Origin: Carcharhinus amblyrhynchos
Taxonomy: Eukaryota
Assembly (NCBI GenBank): GCA_965287045.1
Contig: OZ336883.1
Span: 16,802,001 to 16,866,000, forward strand
Length of the DNA stretch: 64,000 nucleotides
Direction of reading: 5' to 3'
Positions 50,891 through 62,655 of the stretch are shown piece after piece. Positions within the stretch are counted from its first letter, which is position 1, and the number at the start of each line of letters is the position of its first letter. A model generated the notes under the pieces. That model was not told the origin of the DNA and did not search any database. It was given only the letters and a program-made list of their open reading frames with translations. The position numbers and the translations under genes are program-made.

Positions 50891-52044
50891 AATGGTAGCA
50901 TGTAAGTGGCATGACCTAACAAGATAGACTTCTTGCATGATTAATGATGCCACTACATTGTCCACTTCAAGGGGCATCTGTAAATGCTAGCCCATGCTCG
51001 AGACCAGGTGATGGCAGGTTATGTGGAGGATGGTCAAAGAAGGAAAGAAGTGTTAATGGGGAAGGGTAATGCAGTGGCTGGGCAAAGTTGGAAGGGAATG
51101 TGTATGCTGTCAAGTGCCCTTTAAATATGGTGATCAGACCTTCAACTCCAGGAGATGGCGACTTCCTGCCTATCCCTGCTTGTGAGAATCAGCGAGCTTT
51201 CCATGAATGTCCCCATGCTTCTATAGATCTGTTCAAGTGGGAGCTAGATGTGGCCCTTGTTACTAAAGGGATCAAGAGCAGGAATGGGATACTGAAAATG
51301 CATGATCAGCCATGATCATATTGAATGGTGGTGCAGGCTCAAAGGGCCAAATGGCTTACCCCGCACCTATTTTTTATGTTTCTTAGTTAACACCCAAGTC
51401 CCCAGGCTTGTTGTCAGGCAGAAATCAAAGCAAGCCTTATGAATCCTCTCCCTATGTTCCTTTATGTTATCTTCAGTTAAAAAGACAGTTCAAAACATAA
51501 CAATTTCATAAACTTCATATTTATAACATTATGAAATAAAACAATGAGATAAAAAGTAATGACAACTTGGATTTCTATAGTGCTATTCACGTAGCAAAAC
51601 ATTCTTACACATTGCAGGCCATATTACAAGAGAAGGAGGGAGACAAATGGTGCCAATTAAGAGGTAGGTCTTAAGAAAGCTGGACCTTGCCTTTATTAAA
51701 CATCTTTAAGAACTTCAGACATGTCATAACCAATGAAGTATTTTTAAAATATAGGAGGGTGACTTCAATCCTAATAACCTGTGTTTCTAAATACATTTTG
51801 GTGCCACTGGAAAAATTCAGCCTGTTGTTTAGAGTCATATCAGGACAACAGAAGGATCCTTTGGACTCTTTCTATAGTGTGTTGGTGTTTATTGTGCCCA
51901 CCTGAGAGAGCGAATGGGGCCTCAGTTTAACATTTCATTGAAATGCCACACACACAGCCCATGCCCACCTGCCACCTTCCCCCCACCCACCCATCCACTA
52001 CCCCCCTCCCCCCCTCAACATCCCTTTATCAGTATTGCACTGGA

Positions 52045-52450
52045 ACATCACAACAGACATCACACCTAGGAAACGGAAGATGTACTTCACAAAGAAAATC
52101 TCCAGCAAACAGTGACATGGATTGCAGGAATAGAGAACAATGGAAAACAGTTGCATGGGAACAGTGCATACTCTTGGGATTCGGGTGACTTTGTTGCTAC
52201 AGTCACCATTAAGGCAAATAAATTTTAGCTGATATTTGAAGTTACAGCGGAAGGATTGCACAATAAGATTTCGAGTTTTAAGACTTTTACTGTAACAAAC
52301 AAACTAAAAGCAACTTTGTTCAACCACTAATTATGAGGGTTTAAACGTGCATTTTCAAGTCATACATGCTCATTAAAGGCTATCTCATCCAAATTAAGCT
52401 TCCCCTCCAAACTAAGTTACCCACTAGCAAGAAATTAGAATGTTCACTTC
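52045..52450. repeat. Direct duplication, copy 2
   Basis: Colinear with 50467-50890 with substitutions and a few small indels. Confidence 0.9.
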
Positions 52451-52509
52451 TAACCTCTGCACAAAGTTTTCTCCTTGCCCCTCTGCAAATATGGAGTTAT
52501 TCTTATTTG

Positions 52510-53175
52510 ATATAGAATCATAGAATTTCTACAGTACAGAAGGAGGCCATTCAGGCCATTGAGCCTGCAGCGACAATAATTCCAACCAGTCCCAATCCAC
52601 ATAACCCCAAATATTTGCCCTTTGATTTGACTTGATTTATTATGGTCACATGTATTGGGATACTGTGAAAAGTATTGTTTCATGTGGGTTATACAGACAA
52701 AACATAACATTCACAGAGTACAGTAAGAAGTCTTACAACACCACGATAAAGTTCAACAGGTTTATTTGGTAGCATGAATTTTTGGAGCACTGCCCCTTCA
52801 TCAGGTGAGTGAGGTGAAGGAGCAGTGCTCCAAAAGCTCATGCTACTAAATAAAACTGTTGGACTTTAATCTGGTGTTGTGAGACTACTTACTGTGCCTA
52901 CCCTAGTCCAATGCCAGCAACTCCACACCATTCACAGAGATTGGAGAGATGGAAAGAAGAGAGCACAGAAATAGCTGACTCCAAGGGACAATTTAGAATG
53001 GCTAATCAACCTAACTTGCACATCTTTGGTTTGTGGGAGGAAACTGGAGCACCCTGAGGAAATCCACGCAGACACGGAGAGAATGTACAAACTCCACACA
53101 GACAGTGACCCGAGGCCAGATTTGAACCTGAATCCTTGGTGCTGTGAGGCAGTAGTGCGAACCACAGTGCCGCTG
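52510..53175 (-). mobile_element. HE1/V-SINE containing a nested Rex1-like tail (about 52620-52980), itself containing a Penelope-like element
   Basis: SINE tail 52510-52620 and body 52980-53175; Rex1 3' UTR TTTGATTTGACTTGATTTATTATGGTCACATGTATTGG. Confidence 0.75.
52720..52930 (+). mobile_element. Short fold-back Penelope-like element (older subfamily)
   Basis: Inverted arms about 52720-52800 / 52815-52895, about 35-nt tail, TSD CATTCACAGAG (52708-52718, 52929-52939); degenerate hammerhead TCAC-CTGATGA-A-GGGGC(agt)GCTCC on minus strand. Confidence 0.8.
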
Positions 53176-53239
53176 CACTGCCTTGAAAATAATTTTGCAA
53201 TTTACAAACCTCTATATCAGATGATCTGAGTCTATTTAA

Positions 53240-53690
53240 GTTAAGCTTATTTATTAGTGTCATAAGTAGGTTTACATTGCAATGAAGTGAATGAAATTGC
53301 CACACTCTGGTGCCTGTTTGGGTAAAGTGAGGGAGAATTTAGCATGGCCGATGCACCTTTTGGACTGTGAGAGGAAAGATGTGTGGTTTAGGTTGATTGG
53401 CTATGCTAATTGACCCTAGCGTTAGGGGGATTAACAGGGTAAATATGTGGGGTTAGGGGATAGGGCCTGGGTGGGATTGCAGTCAGTGCTGACTTGATGG
53501 TCCGAATGGCTTCCTTCTGCACTGTAATAATGCTATGATTCTATAGATTCTATGAAACAGGAGCACCTGGAGGAAACACACACAGACACAGAGAAAACGT
53601 GCAGGCTCCTGACAGACAGTGACACAAGCTGGGAATCGATCCTGGGTCCTTGACGCTGTGAGGCAGCAGAGCTAACCAGTATGACAATGC
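53240..53690 (-). mobile_element. V-SINE (tail B) split by a plus-strand HE1 3' half (about 53376-53555)
   Basis: Minus copy breaks at GAGAGGAAA and resumes GAAACAGGAGCACCTGG. Confidence 0.78.
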
Positions 53691-53794
53691 GTTGTGATCA
53701 ATGCACCTTGAAATTCTCAGCCATTGTTTGATGTCTCAAGACGTTGAAACTTCACGAGCTGTGCTGAATCATTTACAGTGACATAATATTAAAG

Positions 53795-54012
53795 ACAGTA
53801 AAAAGTCTGACAACACCAGGTTTTAGTCCAACCTATTTATTTGATAATATACTCGCAAGCTTTCGGGTTAGCCCCTTCGTCAGGTGACCTGACGAAGGGG
53901 CTAACCCGAAAGCTTGCGAGTATATTATCAAATAAATAGGTTGGACTAAAACCTGGTGTTGTCAGACTTTTTACTGTGTTTACGCCAGTCCAATGCCGGC
54001 ATACCCACATCA
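53795..54012 (+). mobile_element. Young Penelope-like element forming a perfect 183-bp palindrome plus 35-nt tail
   Basis: 53795-53885 is the exact reverse complement of 53887-53977; 15-bp TSD CATAATATTAAAGAC (53782-53796, 54011-54025); CTGACGA-A-GGG(gctaa)CCC-GAAA-GCTT hammerhead core on both strands. Confidence 0.9.
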
Positions 54013-55224
54013 TAATATTAAAGACCCAGTATGCAAATCATGTCTCGTTGATCATTGAGATATTTCCTGAAAATACTTCATTTCAATTTTAAATGGAGCA
54101 AGCAAGCAAGCGCATACAATTGATTCTTTTCAGTTGCCTGTTCAAAGATAACAGATAAATTACTCAAAAGACAGCACTGCAATATCTCAAGCCTTTTTGT
54201 TTTGCCATAAAGTCTCTCTCCATTTCAGAAGGAACATCGTGCAAATTATCTTCTTCTGATCCGCGAATGTTTGTTCAGCAGAGAGCAGTTGGAAAGAATT
54301 TACAAGGCAGACTAAGTTAAAAATGTGAATCGGGATTTGTATTGATGGAAGAGAGAAATAAGTTGAAGCAGTCGTAGCAAGAAAGATCTCTGGATGTTAA
54401 CTGTTTTATCTGCCAGGTTTACTGATGTATTACCCAAGGACAGTGATAAAGTCAGAGTTATGTTCACATCGTAAGGGAGACAGTTACTCTATTAATACTA
54501 TAGCTGACTGTCGGGTGACAAATCCCGAGAAAACCTGCTGGAATCAGATTTATGGCCATAATCAATACTTTCCAGTCTAGGTACAAGTGGCGAGGGATGA
54601 GTATAAATCTGATTGTCAATTTGAGTAGATTCCACCTTGAGCTGTAGACCTGAACTTCAGCTTCAGATAATATCTGTCTTGCTTTTTTTAAAGAAAAAGA
54701 AATCTGGGGAATGGAGATCAGAGCTGAGCAATGTGCTTATTTTGTTATTGAACTGGAGAAAGAAATAACAATTACAGTGGCTCATGTACAGCCTTCGGAT
54801 TCGAAGTCAGACTCGTTCCTTCAGCTGCACTTTTTACCAGAAAGCTTCTATATTGATCGGTTTAGTTTCTCTTATCAAGTGGAGCTACAGACACAACTGA
54901 CAGCTAGACTTTCAGTTGGAACTTCCATTGACAGCCGTCCAAACTCAGACCATGTCTATTCTCCCCCTTCTGTTCATGGTGGTAATGATTGTGAAGGTTG
55001 GCAGTAAACCAGGTATCCTTTATATTTCCTCACAAATTATTTCCGATGTGTAGATTGATCAATATATTGAAATGACGGTACGTGGCTCCATCCGTGATAT
55101 CTGATGCTTCTGAACTTGGGGTCCAAGTCAGCAACATTTCCACTTCTCTGAAGCAGGCACAAGATTAGGGATACAGAAAGGCCATTGGGTTCCTCCAACA
55201 AGCTGATCATTAATGTTCATGATT

Positions 55225-55720
55225 TTATTTGATTTGGTTTATTACTGTATTAGTGTACAGTGAAAAATATTGTTTCTTGTGCTGTACAGCCAAAACATAC
55301 TGTTAATAGAGTACATAGGAGAGAAGGAAAGTAGAGCATACAGAATACAGTGTTACAGTAATAGCTAGAGTGTAAGGCAAGATCAGCTTAATATAAGTAG
55401 GTCCATTCAAAAGGCAGCAGGGAAGAAGCTGTCGTTGAATCGGTTGGTATGAGACCTCAGAGTTCTGCATCTTTTTCACTGAAGAAGAAGGTGGAAGAGA
55501 GTACTTTAGGGTTACATGGTGTCCTTCATTAAGCTGGCTGCTTTCCTGAGGCAGTGGGAAGTGTAGACAGAGTCAATGGATTGGGGGCTGGTTTGTGTGA
55601 TGGACTGGGCTTCATAACCTTTTGTGGTTTTTTTGTGGTTTTGGACAGAGCAGGAGCCAAACCAAGCTGTGATATAATCAGAAAGTAAGCTTTCTATGAT
55701 GCATTTGTAAAAATCGGTGT
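55225..55720 (-). mobile_element. Rex1/Babar-like LINE 3' fragment
   Basis: Reverse complement of the 11365/21505 family. Confidence 0.8.
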
Positions 55721-55723
55721 CAT

Positions 55724-56890
55724 TGTTAGGAAATAGAGAGTTTTAAATATTTTATGTTTGATTTATGTCTGCCAAGCATAACCTATAGCTTTAAGCTTTA
55801 GTTTCAGTTTTAAAAGTTGTCTAAGTCTATGGTTTCTTCAGATACCTGCATTTTCAATGAGGGTTTTATAACACGCAAGAAAACAGAGTATAAAAAAACT
55901 GGACTGTTGCCTAGCAACCAGGAGCCCACAGATACATCAAAAAATAGTTTCAGTTTTGTTGGTGATTATGAGCGGAGGTGCAGGGAGCAAGTCTCTTCTT
56001 TCAGGACATGATGGTAGAATGCACATTGCAGGTCCAAAACTGGAGAACAGAAAAATGTCCGTGCAGTTGGAAGCAGGATTCTACATAAACTGGAGGTGGA
56101 TCCTTGTTATAGATAGCCCAGAGAAAGCTTTGGTTGAGAGAAGATTCCTTGCTGTGCTCATCCAGAGCTGTCATTCAAAATCTTTGTATGGAAAACAGAG
56201 TTCCAGTGAGATCAGTTGGGCTCACAGTGTGACATGCTTTGGGGGGAATTGATGAGAAATCTGCAAAATTTGTTTGGAGTGGCATCTGACACTTGGTTTC
56301 AGAGTATGGGCTGTCTGACTACATTTTGCCTATTGGTTTACGTGGACTGTATACTTGCTGTGAACATTACAGTATAAGATAGATTTTGTAACTTGTGTGC
56401 GGCACGGTGGCACAGTAGTTAGCACTGCTGCCTCACAGTGCCAGGGACCAACGTTCGAATCCCAGCTCGGGTCACTGTTTGTGTGGCGTTTGCACATTCT
56501 CCCTGTGTCTGCATGGGTTTCCTCTGGGTGCACTGGTTTCCTCTCACAGTCTGAAAGACGTGCTGGTTAGATGCATTGATCTGAACAGGCTCTGAAGTGT
56601 GGCGACTCGGGGAATTTCACTGCAGTGTTAATGTAAGCCTTACTTGTGACTCATAATAATAATTTATCCTTACAAATCTCTAAAGGTGTGGTTGAGGTGA
56701 AGGAGTAGCATATTATAGTTCATTTATTCTTGTTTAATGAATGTTTTATTATTTTGTTACAATTTGCCGGCAGTCTTGTGACTGTTCGGCAGTCACCATT
56801 CACATATCTAAGCAAAAAATTAGAAGTGAGGATCTATCAAGCTGGGTTTCAGAATTTTTCTGTGACCTACACCACATGGCGGTTCATTAA
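55724..56890 (+). mobile_element. Possible solo LTR containing a SINE
   Basis: Begins TGTTAGG where the Rex1 fragment is cut off; 3' CA terminus and TSD not clearly preserved. Confidence 0.3.
56397..56660 (+). mobile_element. V-SINE (tail B)
   Basis: Family match. Confidence 0.85.
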
Positions 56891-57981
56891 AGTGGCTCGT
56901 ATCACCTTCTCTACACAGCAACTTGGGATGGGAAAAGCTGGTCCAGCCAGAGACAAACATGTCATATAAAAGAATTGATATCTGACACTGCATTAAATGA
57001 ACAGTGTATCAAGACTGCCAGGATTCTTCTGTGAGTTCACTGGGTGCTTGTGAGTGCTTCACTGTTTCCAGAGGCTCACCTGGCTTCAGTCAGTTCATAA
57101 TAATTTGATACTGCTCATGTTTATTATCCAGCTAAGGTCTTCTCATCCCAACCTTCTTCCAGTCTCCATCCTTCTTTCGTGCCATCTCTTGTCAATATTT
57201 CTTACTACTTATTCATTCAGTTTCTTTGCCCCTGCTTCCACTTCTACAATTCCCACTCCCTCCTTATTCCTTTCCTCTCCTTTCCCATAATATTTTCTTC
57301 TCTCCTATCTCCTTTCTCCACTTTTCTTTCCGTATCAATGAATAGCAATTCAGTTCACATTTTTGATTATTCCCGGCCAACGTAGTAATTTAATGTTTTC
57401 CGCCTTCCGACATTTTAACATTTACCATCCTTGTGAGTAATGATTCCACAATTGTGATGTGCTTGGCAACATTGTTTGTCATTCCATTTTGTTTGGTTCA
57501 TAACATTTCCCTTCCATCTTTTTTAATTGTTTTCAATTGCGTTTTTGGAATTGTGACTCACCTTCCAATTGCCACATTTTGATACAATTCATTAATTTCA
57601 AAGGACTCGTGCCTTTGCCAGTAGCCATCGGCTTCCAGAAAATTCTATTCCCTGCTCCCCACACAACCTCCCCAACCAATTGATAAATTCAATTATCCAG
57701 CAGAGGTTTACAATATCCAATCTCAGTCCAGGAAATAGCTCAAATCTTCCTCTTGTGCAACTCAATCTTCCAAGTTCTTAACCATTTTCTTGTACCTCTT
57801 CGTGCCTCTGTACCAATTGGAAACTGTTGAGCACAGAAAAAGGGAATTTGGCCCATCTTGTCTCTGCTAGTTCAACTATTTGGTTCGGCACATATCCCTA
57901 CAATCTTGCAGTTTTACCTTCCTTGCCAAGTAATCATACTTAAGAGTTACTATTGCATCTGCTTCTGCCGCTTTTTCTGGT

Positions 57982-58284
57982 GTAGAATCCCTACAGTACA
58001 GAAGGAGGCCATTCAGCCCATCGAGCCTTTGCTGACAACAATGCCACCCAGATCCTACCCCTGTACTGCCACGTATTTACCTTGCTAATCCCCCTGACAC
58101 TAAGGGTCAACCAAACCTGCACATTTTTGGACTGTGGGAGAAAACCAGTGCACCCAGACGAAACCCATGCATACATAGGGAGAACGTGTAAACTCCACAC
58201 AGACAGTGACCCAAAGCCAAAATTGAACTCGGGCCCCTGGTGCTGTGAGATAGCAGTGCTAACCATTGTACCACAATGCCACCC
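57982..58284 (-). mobile_element. HE1/V-SINE (tail A)
   Basis: Reverse-complement family match. Confidence 0.85.
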
Positions 58285-59265
58285 TCGTCAGAACATTACA
58301 ATATGTTGATCTGTTGTCTTCTTTCTGACCTCATCAAATATTGAATCAGGCCTGAATTAGAAAAATAAATCCTGCCAACATTTCCAACAGCCTATCCATA
58401 AATATTCCAAATCTCCTGATAGCTTTGATGTAACTATTCTTTTTTCTTATGTTTCATGCATCCAAAACAAAAGCATATCTTCACCTTTTGCCTTTTTTTT
58501 TAACCTCATGCAATACCCCTGCTGGAATGTAATGCTTGTTCGTTGCATAAGCAGTCAGTCTGGTGATCTAATATTCCACTAATAGGAGGGAGAAAATTGA
58601 GGTAATGTCTTTTTTATCCACATTTGGGAAAATTCAACTCATTCCCAGGTTTAAAAAAAAATACCCAAATGTGAAATTCTGATTTTTTTTGTGATACATC
58701 TTGGTATACAATGCTGTAAATTGTAACTGCAATGCAGAAAAGTTCATTTTTAATAATTAGTTTGTGGTCTTGTTATGTAATGATCAAGTAATCGAGGCAT
58801 AACCTCATGTTATATTCTGCCCAATTAATCAGTGTAGGACACTATTACCATGTGAATGCCCTTTTGTCTGTTGTTGCATCTTTACTTGACAAGTGAAATA
58901 TATTACTTGGCCCGAGGCCTGTGCGAAGCGACGCCTGCATAGCTTAATTGCAGTGCACTGCTGTGAAGCCCGTCAAGGTTGAACAGACCCGAGGCTGAAA
59001 CTGTTCCACTCCCAAGCAATTAGCACTTACCAGTTTGCACTCGTTACCTAAGACTCAAAGGCCTATTATGTGAGGAGAACAGCTGTGAGGTTTCAAGTTT
59101 TCAGACTTTGCCTGAAATTAGTGCAGTCATTTAATTTGTAAAGATAAGAAGAAACAGCCACTTTCTTTTCAATTATGTAATCAGCCTATGTATTGCTTTT
59201 GTTCTATAAGCTCAAGAATGAAGCTGTAATTATTTTGAGTGTGTTTTACAGTTCATTGTATAGTT

Positions 59266-59639
59266 TTACTTGGAGCTGGTGTACTTGGTCGCCACTTTTG
59301 TCCTCTCTGACACAACGTGCTTGTCAATTCCCCAGCAGTAACAGGTGGAAGGTGGTCTGGATCTCCTGGGAGATGATGGTCTACCACTTGTTGTGCTGGG
59401 CCAGGCCGGAAGCCTCACCCGTGACGCGCTCAATGATGTTATTGACGAATGAGTTCATGATCCTCATGGCCGTGGAGGAGATGCCGATTTGGGGGTGAAC
59501 TTGCTCCATCCCTTTGTAGATGTAAATGAAGTAACTCTCCTTCCTGGACTTTCCCCTCTTCTTATCGCTTTTAGTTGCTGACTTCTTCTGGGCTTTCTTA
59601 GCGCCCATCTTAGAAGCTTGCTTTCTTGTCATCAGGTGT
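59266..59639 (-). pseudogene. H2B: Histone H2B pseudogene
   Basis: GAKKA...[41 protein letters not shown] and C-terminal KYTSSK*; start codon appears as ACA, in-frame TAG at 59381-59383, frameshifts near both ends. Confidence 0.92.
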
Positions 59640-60249
59640 GGTAAATGCAGACGGTTCCGTCTGTTGTTATGAATGAATATATATCAAGTAAATGTATCCT
59701 GCTGGATTTTGTAATCTGTCTTTACACAGTGACGGCCCTGTTTTTATTTTGTGGAGATTTTGTATATCAAGTAACCTTGTAATTTCTGTATTGTTTTAAG
59801 GCTATGTACCACTCTTTTGCTATTCTTAATTAACTTGTGTCAACCAACAAGTGTCACTGTTGAGATCCACACCAGCAAGCAGTTCTCTCAGCTAAAACTA
59901 ACATAATGAGAATTCCTGTTCAAATGAGAATTCTACAGAACATGCAATATTGATACCCGTACATCAGTTCAGCATTTCGCATGTTGAGCCCAGACGTTAA
60001 TCTTCCAGGACAGAGCAGTCTGCTTGATTGGCACTCCATCCAACAATTTAAACACGCACTCCCTCCATCATTGATGCATTGAGGCAGCAACAGGCACCAC
60101 AACAACTCACCAGGGCTCTTTCAAGGACATCTTCCAAACCAATGACCTCTGCCACCAAGTGGGACCAGGACAGTAGATGCATGCTTATGCCAACACCTGC
60201 ACATTCCCCACCAAGCTATACACCATCCTGACTTCGAACTGGAACCACA

Positions 60250-60928
60250 ATATCACAGGTAGATAGGATCGTAAAGAGTGCTTTTGGGACATTAGCCTTT
60301 ATAAATCAAAGTATTGAGTATAAGAGTTGGAATGTTATGGTGAGGTTGTATAAGACATTTGGTAAAGACAAATTTAGAGTATTGTGTGCAGTTTTGGTCA
60401 CCAAATTACAGGAAGGATATTAATAAGTTTGAAAGAGTGCAGAGAAGGTTTACAAGGATATTGCCGGGACTTGAGAAACTGAGTTACAGAGTAAGGTTGA
60501 ATAGGTTAGGACTTTATTCCCCAGGAATGTAGAAGAATGAGGGGAGTTTTAATAGAGGTGTATAAAATTATGATAGATATAGACAGAATGAATGCAAGCA
60601 GGCTTTTTTCCACTGAGGCTAGGGGAGAAAAAAACTAGAGGACATGGATTAAGGGTGAAGGTGAAAAAGTTTAAAGGAAATATTAGGGGGGGCTTCTTCA
60701 CACAGAGGGTGGTGGGAGTGCGGAATGAGCTGCCAGATAAAGTGATAAATGCGGGCTCACTTTTAACATTTAAGAAAAACTTGGATAGTGACATGGATGA
60801 GAGGGATGTGGAGTTAAATGGTCCAGGTACAGGTCAGTGGGACTAGGCAGAAAAATGGTTTGGCACGGCCAAGAAGGGTCAAAGGGCCTGTTTCTGTGCT
60901 GTAGTGTTCTATGGTTCTATGATTCTAT
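60250..60928 (+). mobile_element. CR1/HER1-like LINE 3' portion
   Basis: LEYCVQFWSPNYRKDI...TRGHGLRVKVKKFKGNIRGGFFTQRVVG; tail TTCTATGGTTCTATGATTCTATG. Confidence 0.9.
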
Positions 60929-61332
60929 GGATACATGGCATTTAGGAAGGGTGGGAAGCTAGGTGGAGGGATAGCTCTGTTAATTGATGAGGGTATTCAC
61001 ACAATTGAGAAAGATGATCTAAGTCCAGGAAAGCAGGATATTAGAAGCAGTTTGAGTAGAGATGAGAAATGATAAAAGCAAGGAGTCACTTGTGGGAGTG
61101 GCGTTTGTGGCCCCCAACAGTAATCACACACAATAGGATGGATTTCAAGGAAAAGATAATGGGATCTTGTCAGAACGGTATGGTATAATCATGAGGGATT
61201 TTAATCTACATATAATTCAAATGGACAAGGGTGGCCAAGATAAGAAATTCATAGAATGCTTTCGGGATAATTGCTTAGTAGAGTACATTCTGACACCCAC
61301 CAGACAGCAAGTTCTACTAGAACTGACAATAT

Positions 61333-62655
61333 GGGCTGTACTTTATCGTTGCCTCGCGCCCATTTTCGGGCACAAAAATGTGGTAAAGTCGGGTGTGAGG
61401 CCATTAATGTGATCTGCACCGCATCCGTGCAGATTGCCACTTTACCAAAACCCGGGAATGGCGGGGATTCAATTTGTGCCCAAAATGGGCGCAAGGCGAT
61501 TTAAATGCACCTGCGTGCATTTAAATTGAATTAATGAACTGCCCGCTAACTTTATCAGCATTTCCCCCTTTACCACCGCATTTGCTAATCCGGAACTGCG
61601 TCGTAATGGACCTGCTAGATAGAAGTCTGAATTGGGCGCTCCAGCTGCTGAAGAGCGCGTTCAATGTTTCCAACGGTGCTCTGACTCACATCACTGGTGG
61701 AGGGAAAGAGGGAGGCAGGCATGATCATTCTCTGGTTGGGGGGAAGGAGAGGAGGTGGGTCAGATGTTCCTCTTGGTGGGGGAGGGGGGGGTGAATGAGG
61801 CCAGACCATTCTCTGGGAGGGGATGAGTGAGGCCAGATCATTTTCTGTGAGGGGGGGGGGAGACGATGGGGACAGGTAATATGTATCTCAGGTGCAGGGA
61901 AGGGGGGTCACTGGTGGGGGGACAGATGGATCTCGGGGTGGGGGGCAGATAGATCTCTGATGGGGGTCAGACAGATCTCAGGGGGGTCACGGGAGAGGTG
62001 GTTGGGTGTGTCCGCTGCCACTCTGAGGGCAATCGTGGGGGGGGCGGGGGTAGGGGGCAGGGGTGGCGATTGGTTGGGGTAGTGGTGGGGTGGATAAGGG
62101 GGCAGTGATGTGTGTGGGTAGTGGGAGGTGGATAAGGGGGACAGTGGTGTGTGTGTGGGTAGTGGGGGAGTGAATAAGGGGGACAGTGATGTCAGTGGGT
62201 AGTGGGGGGGTGGATAAGGGTGACAGTGATGTGTGTGGGTAGTGGGAGGGTGGATAAGGGGAACAATGATATGTGTGGGTAGTGGGGGTGTGGATAAGAG
62301 GGACAGCAATGTGTGTGGCTAATGGGGGTGTGGATAAGGGGGACAGTGATGTGTGTGGGTGGGGGGGGGTGGTGGATAAGGTGGACAGTGATGTATGTGT
62401 GCATCATTGTTCCCGCTTTTCACTTTCTGTGGCCCTGGAGCGATCTGACATGGGTGCGCTTTTTCAATTTTTTTTCCAACTGTTCATGCACAGTTCAGAG
62501 CTCTGTTCATTTAAGCCGCGCTAAGCCCCACCTACCGTACAAATGAGACTGGAGATGGCTGAGTGCGTATGGGAGCGCCGGAAAGTGGATTTCTAAGTTG
62601 GATCAGTACTACCGCCAGATTCAGCACTTAGAATGAAAATGGTAAAATCAGGTCT
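61333..62655. mobile_element. GC-rich non-autonomous DNA element, PIF/Harbinger-like, inserted in CR1
   Basis: Host CR1 resumes on both sides with apparent 3-bp TAT duplication; degenerate TIRs GGGCTGTACTTTATC / GGTAAAATCAGGTCT. Confidence 0.6.
62075..62400. repeat. G-rich minisatellite, about 40-bp unit, about 8 copies
   Basis: Repeated GGGTAGTGGGGGGTGGATAAGGGGGACAGTGATGTGTGT-like units. Confidence 0.9.

Noticed and set aside
57050-57830. Purine-rich minus-strand stretch resembling decayed coding sequence
   Set aside because: Multiple stops in every frame and no motif I can assign; possibly a very old retroelement
59190-59265. Histone 3' stem-loop downstream of the H2B pseudogene
   Set aside because: No match to the GGYYYTTTTHAGRRCC stem-loop is discernible
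62075-62400. Regularly spaced repeats resembling a CRISPR array
   Set aside because: Units are contiguous with no unique spacers, the context is vertebrate and there are no cas genes; it is a minisatellite
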